A stretch of DNA of 64,000 nt from Massalongia carnosa (Eukaryota), in assembly GCA_965645245.1 (NCBI GenBank), contig OZ287084.1, positions 682,001-746,000 of the forward strand, read 5' to 3'. Shown one piece after another: positions 38,794 through 51,261 of this stretch. How positions within the stretch are numbered: position 1 is the first letter of the stretch; each line of letters begins with the position of its first letter. Below the pieces are notes generated by a model. It searched no databases. It was given only the letters and a program-made list of their open reading frames with translations, and had not been told where the DNA came from. The position numbers and the translations under genes were made by a program.

Positions 38794-39582
38794 TCAAGGA
38801 TCGGGAGGCGGGAACGGGACATAACCGCCCAGCATCACGTAGCGGAATCCGCCGCTCCACTCGTTCTGCTCCGGCTGCGGGGTCCACGCCTGCGCGAGTG
38901 GCTGGTCCTGGTGCTGCTGGTCGAAGGTGGTGAGGCTGGTGGGATAGTGGCCTTGAGGTTGGGGATCCGCGGCAGGAGAAAGACCGAAGCCGAGGCCGGG
39001 GATGTAGCTAGGGTTCCTGATCGTGGCGTGGCGTTCTAGCGGGACGAGCACGTTGACGGCGTGGGTACATTCGTTCGGGAAGTCGCAGGTGAGGCTGCAG
39101 TCTCCTCTTCCTCTTGCTGCGGCGCGGCGGTGGGATTGGCGGTGGGAGCGCCAGTTGTTCCACGTGCGCCAGCCGTCGTAGTCGAACTCGGTGTCGCAGG
39201 CTCGGTGGCGCTTGATTCGCCCTGTGCGCCTGTTCAGCTTGGTGTAATTGCCGAAGCAGAGGCGGTGGCCGTCATTGAGGCAGCGGCGCGTGACGCCGAG
39301 CGGCCAGCGGCCCTTGCACATGTGGCAGAACCAGGTCCATGGAGCGGGCGATGGAGGTGGGGGGTATGGGCCGAAAAGCGAGTCGAGCGAGTCGAGGGAG
39401 GTAACAGATATGGGGGAGGAAGGGGTTGCCTCGGGGGAGGGGGATGGGGAGGAGGTGAGGGAGGGACACTGAATTGGTGAGGGCGGCGCGATGGGAAGAA
39501 TGGTGGTGGGAGAGGGTGGGCTTGCGAGGCTCCGGAGGTTGGAGGGCTTGGACGGGGTGAAAGGGGAAACGTAGCTAGCCAT
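38794..39582 (-). CDS. Hypothetical fungal protein with a Cys/His cluster (putative Zn-binding) after a Pro/Ser-rich N-terminus
   Basis: ATG at 39582 (MASYVSPFTPSKPSNLR), 262 aa. Contains WTWFCHMC...LGVTRRCLNDGHRLC...RACDTEFDYDGW...CSLTCDFPNECTH. Confidence 0.7.
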   Translation of the reverse strand: MASYVSPFTPSKPSNLRSLASPPSPTTILPIAPPSPIQCPSLTSSPSPSPEATPSSPISVTSLDSLDSLFGPYPPPPSPAPWTWFCHMCKGRWPLGVTRRCLNDGHRLCFGNYTKLNRRTGRIKRHRACDTEFDYDGWRTWNNWRSHRQSHRRAAARGRGDCSLTCDFPNECTHAVNVLVPLERHATIRNPSYIPGLGFGLSPAADPQPQGHYPTSLTTFDQQHQDQPLAQAWTPQPEQNEWSGGFRYVMLGGYVPFPPPDP

Positions 39583-41945
39583 TTTGATAGATTGATGATG
39601 GTTTTTTTGTGATTCTGAAAGGCCTGTGGAGCGATATCGAGGAATGATGTAAATGATTGAAGTTTTGGAGAGCAGAAAGCCAGCCGAGAGTTGCATGAGA
39701 CGAAAAGGAAAGACTCGGACGACGAAGACCAGCTTTGTGGATGAGTTGATATTTTGACGCAGAAACCGATGATGGGCGTGGTACGATGAGAAAGTGAGCT
39801 AACATGTGAAATTGTTGCGAATTATCGGGTTTTGGAGGCTTCCATGAAAGAGAACGACTTGTTGAAAGAGACAATAGAATGAACATCACACGAGGGACAC
39901 GTGCCAATCCCGGCACCATTGTTGAGGACTCTGAACAATAAAGAATGGCAATTGTATCGCTTCAACTCCTTTGTTTACATGTGACATCGAACAACCAACA
40001 ACACTCTTTGCCACCAAAAGGCTCGATTTCTTTATCCTCGAACATCAGCATCTCAAGCGCAAACAATGTCTCATGCAAATCCAGGGACCACCACAGACAG
40101 AAACCCGGAATCATCATCGACTCGACGGATGGATCTCACAATGTTAACGTAGTTGCAGTGTGTAGGTAATCCAGGTGTCTACAGAACCGCAAGCAATTCC
40201 GATGTGAAGCGAGGAAAACATGACATTTGAGCTACAGTTCCACCCTGGGTACATCCTGGGTACATATAACGATCTTGGATATATCCTAGTTGTAAGCAAT
40301 TTGACCACACGAAATCGATTAGATATACAAAGGTATACCGACCGATACCTTCTCTATTTCGACAGCGTTAGCATTTTTGGGATTTTTATTTTGTGTAGAG
40401 TAATTGTAGTTAATACTCTGTAATAAGAAAGCGTTCGGAGTAACTAGCCGAGTTTGAAGCCGAGTTAAATACAAATAGGTATAGTATACCTCGGTAATAC
40501 GGGATCTAATGCGGAGTGCCGGGACCCCTGATAAACACCTCTCGAATAGGCTAATCCGATCGAGTTTACATTTCCCTCGGACCTACTCGGTTGTATTTGG
40601 TACATGAAAGTTCACTAGATGTCAGTTGTTTCCATGCTTTCTCGACGATCATCTTCATTAAATTAAGCATCCGAAAAGGGTTGAAACTTCATCTAACTTA
40701 GTTAAAGTACGTCAACCGATTGTATCAGAAACCCCCTTCTTCATTTTGTAACTGGTCACCGTCTCTTCCCTCCTTCCCCCTTTCACCACCTCGTCTCCTT
40801 TCTCTGACCCTCGCTTCGACTCCTCCTCGTTCGCGTTCTCGCCTCCGTCCGACGGCCCATACAATGCCTCCTCCACATGTTCGTACTTGAAGCATGCATA
40901 CTGGAATATCGGGCAAGACTTTTGCTAGCGCGCTACATGCAGGGATGTGAAAACGCAACATTTTTAGTTGACTTTACATGTATCCACCAATTAAATATGG
41001 GAGATGGTGTGTTCCCTTCTGCACAAAATATTAGCGCATTGTTATCCGTGTTTGTTTCGCGCTAAAACCCCCCCCGGGAGGACCACAGTACAGAGTAGAT
41101 GCAAGTAAAAAACCCTCCAAGTTTCCGGCTTATGGAATGGAAAGCCCATAAGTTTATACTCGATCAGGTTAGCTTTACTCAAGGGGTGAGGGTGTCAAAG
41201 GTCCAGTATTTAGTCTAGATCCCAATATTTGTTGACTAAGCAGCTCTTAAAAAATCAATTAACTCATATGCTAGCTGCACTATACTCTGTGACTATTTGA
41301 CGTTGTGTAAAAGACAAAATCGTTATAACCAAGGTGGACTGTAATTACATCTCAATGTACAGAGTACGACGTACGAAGTACAAAGTACAGAAGATGTAAC
41401 ATTGTAATGATAAGCTCGATAAAAGCAGTGAAGTCAAAGATCGCAACGAAGTACCCACTCTGTAATTTCGGGTAATGAATGCTGCTATTCAGCCGCAGCG
41501 GATATAACTCTGTATCATACAGAGTACTTCGTACTGCCTGACCAATGTATGTACTTCGTCTAAACATGGGCTTTAGCGGTGTCTAGAACCGAAATTGGCC
41601 ATTTCATACGTCCCAGAGAAGTTAGAACGACAAAGCTCTCGAGACGCCATCAAGGAAATGCCGGATCAGGCGCTGGCTAGGGAGAAAGCAAGTCTCTATT
41701 GGTTAACCATCCAATCACGACATTCGCTATCACAAAGTGCCTAATGCCAACTTTTGAACCGACATAACAATTTCGTGCCAAACGAAAACATTCTTAAGCT
41801 GTGCCAAGCCCGCTCTTGCTCGGACGCGTTGATTCTTCATACATCCATCCTACTCTACTCTGTAACTCTGTAACCGGTCGCCATTTCACCATTGTAAGAA
41901 CTAGCAAACAGCTTCAAGATCGTTAGATATCGCTTGCGTTTCAGT

Positions 41946-42355
41946 ATGCAGTTCCTCTCATCCAGCCTGCTTGCCGCATTGTGCTATTTTCTCTCCATCC
42001 AAACCGCGTCAGCCGAGCCACAGGTATGTCCCTTCCACCTTCGTTGATTCTAGTCTCGCAATCCACCTGACAGTTCGTCCGCTAGAATGGAGCCTTAAGC
42101 ACCGCCTCCTCTCATCTTGCCTCAGTCAGCTCCAGCTTGTACGCTGGCGCGACCACATCATCGGTGGGTGCCAAAGCTACCACTTCGGGCGGTACCGCGA
42201 CTACCACCAAATCCGGCAGTACCACCAAATCCGGAACGGCCACCTCGGCGGCCACTGCGACCAAGTCCGGGAATGCTGCACCAAATTCCGTTGGAGAAGC
42301 TCCCTACTGGGCTTTGGGATTGGGGATGGGTATGGTTGGATTCCTCAACGTCTGA
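41946..42355 (+). CDS. Small secreted Ser/Thr-rich, probably GPI-anchored cell-wall protein (115 aa)
   Basis: Exons 41946-42023 and 42086-42355 (GTATGT...CTGAC...CTAG). Signal peptide MQFLSSSLLAALCYFLSIQTASA, TTKSG repeats, omega-like SGNAA and hydrophobic tail YWALGLGMGMVGFLNV. Confidence 0.8.
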
Positions 42356-43139
42356 ACGGTCAGAGTCATAAAGCCTCGCGATGCACCGAAGGAGAGATAA
42401 TGATGTGGTTCTTGGGAGGTGCAGAGTAGTGAGATGTTGTTGATAGGCGAATGATAGACGGAATCAGCTTGCAGATGTCTCTCGTGTCCGAGCCTTTTCT
42501 TTTCTTTTCCGGCTAGGCACTATGGGAGGCCCCAAAGATTATGCTCGACCTGACCACGCAGATGATAACAGTGCGATTATCATCACTCCGTTAGCATATC
42601 ATGATTTTATTCGCTCAGCTTCAAGACCGCTATGGACTGGTACTTGATTTGAATTGGCTCGTATGCGTTCCTATTAACAGCACGCTTCCAATCTTCTCCC
42701 ATCGGCTTGGTCTTCGGGTACTTTTACTACACTAGGGAAAGGGGAGGTATCCTGGAAACTAGAATACTGGTATCAATTGCCTCGACTGAAGGTTCAATGA
42801 GTATGACAAGCCACGTATGTTTGGTAGTGGTGCTACCGGGAACTGCAAGTGCTTTTCTGTTGTATTTGCCTACTGTGAAGATATGGAGTACAGAGTGCTG
42901 TGTAGGGATTTGTCGGTTGCCTTTCTTTGGAAGGAATAATCGAATACTTGACATATAATGAACTGCCGGGGAGGGGGTGGGTTGTTTCGGGTGTTCCCAG
43001 CGTATCGCATCAACGAATCGGACGATAGGAAAGGATCTACGTTTTATGATGACAACGAGACATGACACCCTCTAACAGGGCGGTTTTCTCCACGCTGACA
43101 CACGTCATGCCGCTTTTCGTCCGAGGACTTTTATTCAGC

Positions 43140-43242
43140 CTTGGCATGGCTCCTTTCTGTTCTTGGCAAGGCTTGGCCATCAGGGGTGAGGCCCGAAACG
43201 GTCAAGCGCGGAAGATAAGACCATCAGCGCCAATCAGATAAT
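43140..43242. promoter_or_regulatory. Cluster of three PacC-type (GCCAAG) and two GATA (GATAA) sites upstream of the ammonium transporter
   Basis: CTTGGC at 43140, 43162 and 43172; GATAAG at 43214; GATAAT at 43237; a further GATAAG at 43793. Confidence 0.45.
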
Positions 43243-43519
43243 CGAAATGGGGAAAGATGACCAACATGCAACAGTCAAAGCAAGGCTCGTGCAGGGCGGT
43301 TGAGTATGTTCATGTTGGCATATTGGCACCCTTTATTTCGAGAAAGCCGTTCACACCAATCATGGAGCTTCATTCCACCATCATGATCTATCTTTACCTA
43401 ACTAAACTCGGCACCTTGGGATCCGCTCGACTCCACGGCGAGTAAGATTATTGACTCGGCCTCCATCAGCGTTCCAGTCGTACTTCACTTCCCAGATCTC
43501 ACTAGTGGGGGGAGCAGGT

Positions 43520-43579
43520 ATGGAAAGCATGCAAAATATGCAAAGTATGCAAAGTATGAAAAGTATGAAAGGTATGGAG
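43520..43579 (+). repeat. 9-bp tandem repeat with an ATG at the start of each of 7 units
   Basis: ATGGAAAGC ATGCAAAAT ATGCAAAGT ATGCAAAGT ATGAAAAGT ATGAAAGGT ATGGAG. Confidence 0.85.
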
Positions 43580-44027
43580 ACGCACGAGAGGGAAAGCCGA
43601 GTGGTGCAATCAAGGACTGGCTTCCCCACGCCGTTCCTTTCTCCCTAGGCTAAGATGGGTAAAAGGCCATGAGGCGAAAATCACAACAAGTCCGAACACA
43701 CGAGTGTCCATCGTTCGAGATGCATTTAAAAGCCGGCCTCTGAAACTACCGAAACCGGTGAGCTGACTGAGTTCCTGAGCTTCTGGGCAAAAGATAAGAT
43801 GGAAGCGTGGAAGCTTGGACGTTCAGGTACTTTGGTTATTACATGAGCAGACCCCATCCCATCACCGGCGTCATTGATTGTTTCTTCTGGACGTTCATCT
43901 CTCGTGGATCCCTCCCTCCATTGCCCCTGTGACTGCATCGTGCGCATCGGGTTCTTGTCCAAATCCCTCATCGAAGCCTTGCTCAGAATCCCAACCTGAT
44001 CCCGAGGGCCCGTGAATACACATCAAC

Positions 44028-45779
44028 ATGGCAAATGTTGGCGGGTTCTCACCCTATTATTCCTGGGTTGGGCCTCCGACGCAGTTCAATGGGACGAACA
44101 CGTTGACGGGCGGTGATTCAGGTGAGTGATGTCATCTGGATGCATGGGATTTCTCGTGGGCAAAGGCAATCCATTTAACCGGTGTCCCGGCAGCCACGGA
44201 AAATCTAAATCAATGGTTCACCTCCGGGGATCAAGCGTTCATCATCGTGGCATCGGCCATGGTGGTGGTCATGGTCCCGGGCCTGGGCTTTCTGTACTCG
44301 GGCCTGGCACGAAGGAAGTCCGCCCTGAGCATGATCTTTGTCTGCATGGGCGCCCTCACCGTCATCACCTTCCAGTGGTATTTCTGGGGATACTCGCTGG
44401 CCTTCTCGGCCCAAGGGAAAAGCGGTTTCATTGGCGATCTCAATCATTTCGGCCTTATCAATACCCTTGGTGCTCCGAGCCCGGGCTCGCCTCTCATCCC
44501 GGAGCTGTTGTATAGTTTCTACCAGGTATGCTCGGACCCGAACACATGACCTGCAGGCAGCGCTGAACATCCCATCCTAGATGCAATTCTGCGCGGTCAC
44601 GGCCGCCATCACCGCGGGAGCCGTTGCCGAACGAGGGCGTCTGATGCCGATGATGGTCTTCTTGTTTTTCTGGGCCACCCTGGTCTACTGCCCCCTCGCG
44701 TGTTGGGCATGGAACATCAATGGGTGGGGGTATAAATACGGTGTCATGGATTACGCGGGTGGAGGTCCTGTGGAAATCGGCTCCGGGTTATCGGCGTTGG
44801 CATATTCCATGGTGCTGGGGAAACGGCAAGAGAAAATGATGATCAATTTCCGCCCGCACAACGTGTCGTTGATCGTCCTCGGGACAATAATCCTGTGGTT
44901 TGGATGGTTGGGTTTCAACGGTGGATCGGCGTTTGGAGCTAACCTTCGTGCAGTGATGGCTTGCTGGAACTCAAACCTCTGTGCCATGTTCGCCTCGGCG
45001 GCTTGGGTTCTCCTTGATTTCCGGCTGGCCAAGAAATGGTCCATGGTCGGCTGGTGTTCGGGAGCCATCTCGGGGCTGGTGGCTGCCACCCCGTCGTCCG
45101 GCTTCATCACCCCGTGGGGTTCTATCATCCTGGGGGTGGCCACAGGAGTCGTATCGAATTACGCAACCAAAGGTCGGTGTGCCGGTCCAAAGGGTCCATT
45201 CCGAGCTAACGCGGTGTAGTCAAATATCTCATCCGCATCGACGACTCATTGGACGTGTTTGCCGAGCATGGCGTTGCGGGCATGCTCGGCTTGTTGGCCA
45301 ACGGCTTCTTCTCCGCCACCTACATCATCGGCTTGGACGGCGTGAACACCGGCACTGTCCAGGGTGGTTGGATCAACCACAGGTACAAGCAGCTCTACAT
45401 CCAGGTCGCATACATTCTCGCCACCACCGGCTGGGCCTTTGTCATGTCGTACATCATCGCCTTTGTGATCAACATCATCCCGGGCCTGCACCTCCGCGCC
45501 TCCGAGGAAGCCGAGCTGCTTGGCATGGATGACGACCAGCTTGGGGAGTTTGCGTACGATTACGTCGAGGTGCGGAGGGATTATCTAGCATGGACACCTT
45601 CCCGCGCGGACGCCTTGGTCGAGGAACAGACCATCCCGCCGCATAAGCGACATGGGATCAACGAGCACACGGAGATGCTGACGGGGAAGGACGTCAGCGA
45701 AGGGGATAGCGACGAGCATACCGGCATCGGCGGGGTTCGGCACGGTGTCATGGCGGAGAAGGAAAAGAAAGCGAATTGA
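44028..45779 (+). CDS. Ammonium transporter (Amt/Mep family, MeaA/Mep1-Mep3-like)
   Basis: Exons 44028-44121, 44194-44525, 44581-45172, 45220-45779. Motifs YSGLARRKSAL, GAVAERGR, DYAGGGPVEIGSG, LWFGWLGFNGGS, DDSLDVFAEHG. Confidence 0.95.
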
Positions 45780-46416
45780 GCGGTGGGGTGGTAAGTTGAC
45801 CTGGAAATTTGTATGGGAGCATGAAGAATTAGGGTAAAACATTAACGTTTTGAATCATTTCATGTTTGAATCGGTGGCACAGGCCGGGCCTTGCGATCTG
45901 GCTATCGAACCCCTCAAATCATTGGTTTCATGAATATGTTGTATTTAAACGTATTTTGGATGCTTTGAATTCTCCTCTTTAATCCGTATCAGATTTCAAA
46001 TCATCACTCGAGTTTACCCCCTCACCTCACCAATACCTTCCAACCCCCCCCTCCACCGTCTTTTGTGTAAGCAAGCAAGCAAGCCACCAATCAGGGGAAG
46101 TGGTTCGAAGTTGGTGGGAGCAGAAAGATCAATCAAAAGAATTGGTCGAAAGATTTGTGAGGAAAGCTTTAGTGAACGTGGAAGGGGAGAAGTGGGAGTG
46201 GGAAGTAAGGAGTTCGGATACTGGCAGGGGGTAGATTGGTAGGTATGTATACGCAGTACACTTACTTACTTCTCACTCACTCACTCACCCAACCACCCAT
46301 TTATTGCCTCTCCTCCTTCCTAAGTTATCTGATTCCCCGCGAGCGAGCGAGCAAAGTTTTCCGGGAAAAAAAGAAAGAAAAAAACAAACCAAGCCTGGAA
46401 TCCCAAGGTCTTGGTT

Positions 46417-46417
46417 G

Positions 46418-46448
<31 letters not shown>

Positions 46449-46615
46449 ATCCGCTTGCAGGCTCTCTCTCGTTTCCTTTGTTGCTGGATTTCCCTTAGTT
46501 ATTTCGTTTATCGGTTATTTCTACTTCCCCCCCCCTGGAACTCTTGTCTTCGGGTTTTGTAACATACGGAGTATAATATAACAGAAAGAGCGAGGAGGAG
46601 GAGGAGGAGGAGGAG
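46417..46615. repeat. Microsatellites (GCCT)8 and (GAG)8 in the low-complexity convergent intergenic region
   Basis: GCCT x8 at 46417-46448; GAG x8 at 46592-46615. Confidence 0.9.
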
Positions 46616-47248
46616 GAAGTCTTGATTGATTTTGGTAAATTCTGTTTATTCCCTCCGTCTTCTTTTTTTTCGTTCCGTTCTTTCCATGTCTGTTCGGTTA
46701 TTCGTTCATGCATGCATTCATTCATTCAGGAGAGGGGAAAAAAGAGAGAGGAAGAAAGCAGGGGCAGCAACGCCATCCATCATCGTCATCATCAGGGCTA
46801 CAAATCGGAAACCGGAAACTTGCCGGAGCGGGCCGGGCCGGGGCGGAGGAGAAGGAACGAACGTACATAATATATATAATATACACATACATGCATGCAC
46901 GTAGGCATCAAGACAGGTCCCCAACAAAAAAAAAAGTGAAACAGGTAGGCAGTAGTATATATGTATTGCTGCAGCCGGCTATACTCGTGAATAACAAACA
47001 GACTATGTAAGTAGACATACGGAGGAGGATATCATATCGAGCTTGCCCTCTTCCGTCGGGGGAAAAGAAGCCCTGGGAAGGGATGCACGCTAAAGACGCT
47101 TCTCAAATGAAAACCAAAAAACTAAAAACCCCAAAAAGAAACATGGGAGCTCCACCTCAAGGTGCTCCATGCCGTCTCAGTAGCTGTGCCACAACCCTGC
47201 TGTAACAACATAGCTCATTCCTTGCTGTTTATCCCACCCACACCTGGC

Positions 47249-50200
47249 TCATAGCTCAATCAAATCCACCTCTGAAAAATCCGGCGGGCTCCTCCGATAA
47301 ACCACCCGCGCTTTTCCATCCAACCCCGTGTACTCGTTGCTGATCCAAATGTGCTTCGAGAACCGTTGCGTGCGATGAATCTCGTCATCGCTGATTCCCA
47401 GCTCGTCGCGTGGGATCCAAATCACCGGCCGCTTGGCCCGCAGCGCCTCGTGCTGAAAAGCACGCTGCACGAGCTTGTCACGCTCCGCCGGTGTGAGGTC
47501 CTCGATCTCGTCATTGATGCCACTGAAGAGCGCGTCGCCAATCGGGTTCACGGCTGAGCGTTGCGATTCGGGGTCCACCGCAACGATGGGGGCTTTACGG
47601 CGAATGCGATGGGGACTTGACGGAAGCTGCCCGCTGTCCGGGAGGGCGCTGTCGCGCGTGCGCTTGTTTCGAGAGCGGTTCGCCCAGGAACCCTTGGCCG
47701 GGAGAAGGTGGCTCATGGCACCGGGTACGATGCTGCCGAGATGTCTGTGGTCATAATGGCGTTCGCCCTTGCGGGCCTCGATCTCCTTCATCTCAATATC
47801 CTCCGCTTGTCTGCTTTCCTCTTCAGAGCGGCGCGCGCGTTTTTCGAGAATTTCGTTGATGTCGTCGCCGTTTTGCTCCTCTTGGTCTAGGTTCCAGCGC
47901 TTTTCTTGCGCCCTTGCGAACTCCTCGTCGCGAATGACAGCTTCGTCTTCGAGAGTGATCGGCAAATATCTAAACAGAGGAGCAAAGGCTTTGTTTAGAA
48001 GCCACTGGTAGATGACCGTAAGGAACAAGACGACAATCATGACAATGGCTTGACCCTTGCAAGGAGTTCCTACAGCGTTGCCTCGCTCGTCGGAATCGCG
48101 GACTAGAAAGAACAGCCCGATCAGGCAAAGCTCCATGACGTATAGTCCGGTGAACAGCTGGTTGATCGCCTTTGGATAGAGTAAGCCACCGGTATCGAAG
48201 CGGAATTTAGTGACGTAAAGGGTGTTGTAGCGGTAGACGAGCCAAAAGAGGCCAAAGGTAATGATGTTGAAGACGAGGATCAACGGGGAGATCACCGAGT
48301 ATATTAGGCCTGGCAGTGGGTTAATGTCTAGATGCTCCTAAACACAGGGATTGAACTCACCGATAGCAGCTAGATTGGTGTAAACCGGGAAAAAAGTTCC
48401 CCACTGCATATCTGGTAGATTGGTCTGCCGAGCCCACTTTTGTCTCGCAGTATTGTCGAGTACCGGTGCTAGCACAAACCACTTGAAAAGGCCCATGACC
48501 TGAACGAGAGCTCCGGCACTGACAGACAACGCTTGCAGCAACATATAAGAGAAAAAGTAGTTGGATGCTTTTGGCAAATTGCTGGCGAGAATAGAAGGAA
48601 CGCTTTGAGGTCCTTTTGTAATCTGGTTGAGCACGGTTGTCATCCCAGATGAAATCGACACGACCAGAAACACTTGAACAAACAAGAAAGCAAAGTAGTA
48701 GGTCTGGACGGAAAGCTCGACAGCCATGCCAGTATGGTCGCCTTGGCTTCTGGCAAGCAGACGAAGGATGACCGGAAGAAGTGCGAGGAGTGCAGAGAGT
48801 AGGATCTGCGGTAGAATGCCCTGTATGATGGACAGAACCCAGGTAGGGGCTTTTCCGAGCCATTTTAGCCAATGATAGGTCTCGGTCAAGTACTTGACCT
48901 GCGAGAGCAGGCCGGTGAAGGTGACAGGGAAAGCCCAACCAACGATGAGCCCACAGATCAGGACAACCACAATTCCGGTCCGAATGTACGACTCCCACCA
49001 TCTGATGGACATGTTGTCCCAGATGACATCGTCTGGCGATATCTCCACTACCCGGGGAGCCATATGATTTGGCGTATGATGACTGACAGCTTGACACGCC
49101 ATATGTGCTGCCACCTGGTGATTGAATTGCACAAAGGCTGAGTTCATGAGAGGAAACTTCTCCGGCTCCCTCTGGTCTTGCTCAATCTCCACGTTGAGCC
49201 GAGCGAGTTCTTTCCTGCAATAATCGATAGTATCAACCTTTGGACCTATCAATGGGAGTGACGGCATCCACTGCCATCCAAAAATTGGAAGTCTCATGGT
49301 ATCCCGATCCTTGTCGCTAAGATACGTCTTCCATGCTGGTTCACCGTCTTCGTTCGGATCGTACTCTTCGTTGTAAGCGGCCGGATATTCATTCCCTTTG
49401 CTATCAGACTTCGCGGTTGCGGCCTTCTGGTGGTGCGCGCCTTTTGTGGAACCTGAACCATTGATTGTGGCTTGTGTGTTCGCACCAGGACTAATTGGAC
49501 TTGGAGCGCTCAGGGGAAACTCGTCATCTTCTTTGCCGTGAGGCGTTGGGCTTGGAATCCCGAAAGGAACACCGCGTTTGTAGTTCCAAAACTTTAAGCC
49601 AGCCTTGTGCGTGTTCTTCGCTTCACCGAGCCGCTGGGGATTTTGGTAGATATCTGCTTGAGCCAATCGCTCATCAATTCTATCATGGGCAGCGTCTCCA
49701 CCGTATGCGAAATGGTTCCCTTGATGGAGCGCCTCTGGCGGGTGACCTGCATGCGACCTCCCTTGCACTGGCCCATCTGATTGATTGCTCGGACCCACAG
49801 CGGCATCCTTCGCGAGGTTCTCGCGATGCTGATGTTCCGGGCTGGTTGCGTTGTTGGCAGGCGGATAACGATTACTCGACGCCCAGTTCTCGGATGGTAG
49901 AGTTGTGTCATTAGGAGATTGATTATGATTCGTCCCGCTTGGGTTGCCAGTCTGCTCGTTGATATCTGAGACGAATCCTCCCGTTGTGGTAAGCCTACCA
50001 TCAACATCCTTTCCAACTTGTCGCAGCCCGCGAACAACCGTCCTCCCAAGATTGTCAAGACCGTGTCCCACCGCCTCTATTCCCTGCCCTAGTACCGGTA
50101 TTGGAACCAATGGCCTTTTCCTTTCCGGGGAGTATTCATGAGCGGGTGGACCCGGAGGATCGGCAAGCGCTTCATCCAGCGTATGACGGACTTGGTGCGG

Positions 50201-51261
50201 GTTTCCAGTGCTTATTCCGGCCGTTTCTGCCATCGCCATACCATCGAAATCTTGAGTCTTTTGTTGGTGGAGTCTCTTCTCCTTCGCCTCCTCGCCTTTG
50301 GCCTTTTTGGTTTCGGCTTTGAGCTTCTTCAAGTGCGCCTTCTTCGCATTCTTGATCAAAGCAGTCTCCGCCCCTTCCAGCGCAAGAGCCAGCTTCTGTC
50401 GCAGTTTTACCTTCTCGCCGAGTTCGTCGAAGTTGCGATTCACCCAAATGTTACGAATTCCTCCCGGGAAAACATCATACAGCCCATCGAGGGCCTCAAA
50501 GGTACACCATTTTCGGGGTATTGCGGTGACCAGGACCGTGGTTGCCGACGCGCGAAGCCGATGCTGAGGCGAGGTCAGGTAAGCCTGCCGTAAACGAATA
50601 TACCCCCTGAGCTCATCGAAGAAGACGAAGCATGTGTAAACCACCACCGTCACGGCCAAGATCAGATGCGCCCAGTAGCGGTTGTTCTTTTCCGGCCGTA
50701 CGTTGCCCCAGGCCAGCTGATCCAATCCCGTCACGTTGGTGTACATGGTGGAGTTGAACGCGTATTTCCCCACGGCAAAGCCAGGTCCTCTGCCATGCAC
50801 CGCATTTATTAGTAATAGGACTGGAAGGATGACAACGGCCAAAGGTACAAAGATCTTGAGTAGCGTCCGCAGATAGCGCAGGAAGAAATAGGCGTCCAGT
50901 CCACATTTCTGGATAAAGTCGGAATTAGATGTTCGAAAGACTGGCACAATCCATTGAAATATCCCGGCCGGAGGAGCTTTGGTTCTCTCGCGTTCGGGTA
51001 CTAGATAGGTCCGCGGTTGGCTGGATCATGGTCAGCTCGGAACGCAGAACTTGCGTGGGGGTCGACCGACTAGATTCTGCTGAATTTGTTCTTGATGAGC
51101 AAGAACAAGCCGAATTCAACGCCAAAGACGGCGATGGCACCTATCAACGACGCAAAAAACGTAGTAAGGGATATCCCCTGGTTTCCTTGTGCCTTGCCGG
51201 CGCCCACGTCCAGAGGGTTGATGCTGCTGTTTGGCGCAAGCGAGGGGAGAGGGACTGACAT
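47249..51261 (-). CDS. CSC1/OSCA/TMEM63 (DUF221) calcium-permeable stress-gated channel
   Basis: Exons 51261-51071, 51020-48361, 48309-47249. Motifs SRIYQPRTYL, CGLDAYFFLRYL, SAFVQFNHQVAAHMACQ, ISPDDVIWDN, LPKASNYFFSY, DTGGLLYPKAINQLFTGLY, FQHEALRAKRPVIWIPRD. Confidence 0.92.

Noticed and set aside
46236..47010. Several short ORFs in the transporter/CSC1 gap
   Set aside because: They are translations of microsatellites (LPAC, poly-Ser) in low-complexity DNA.
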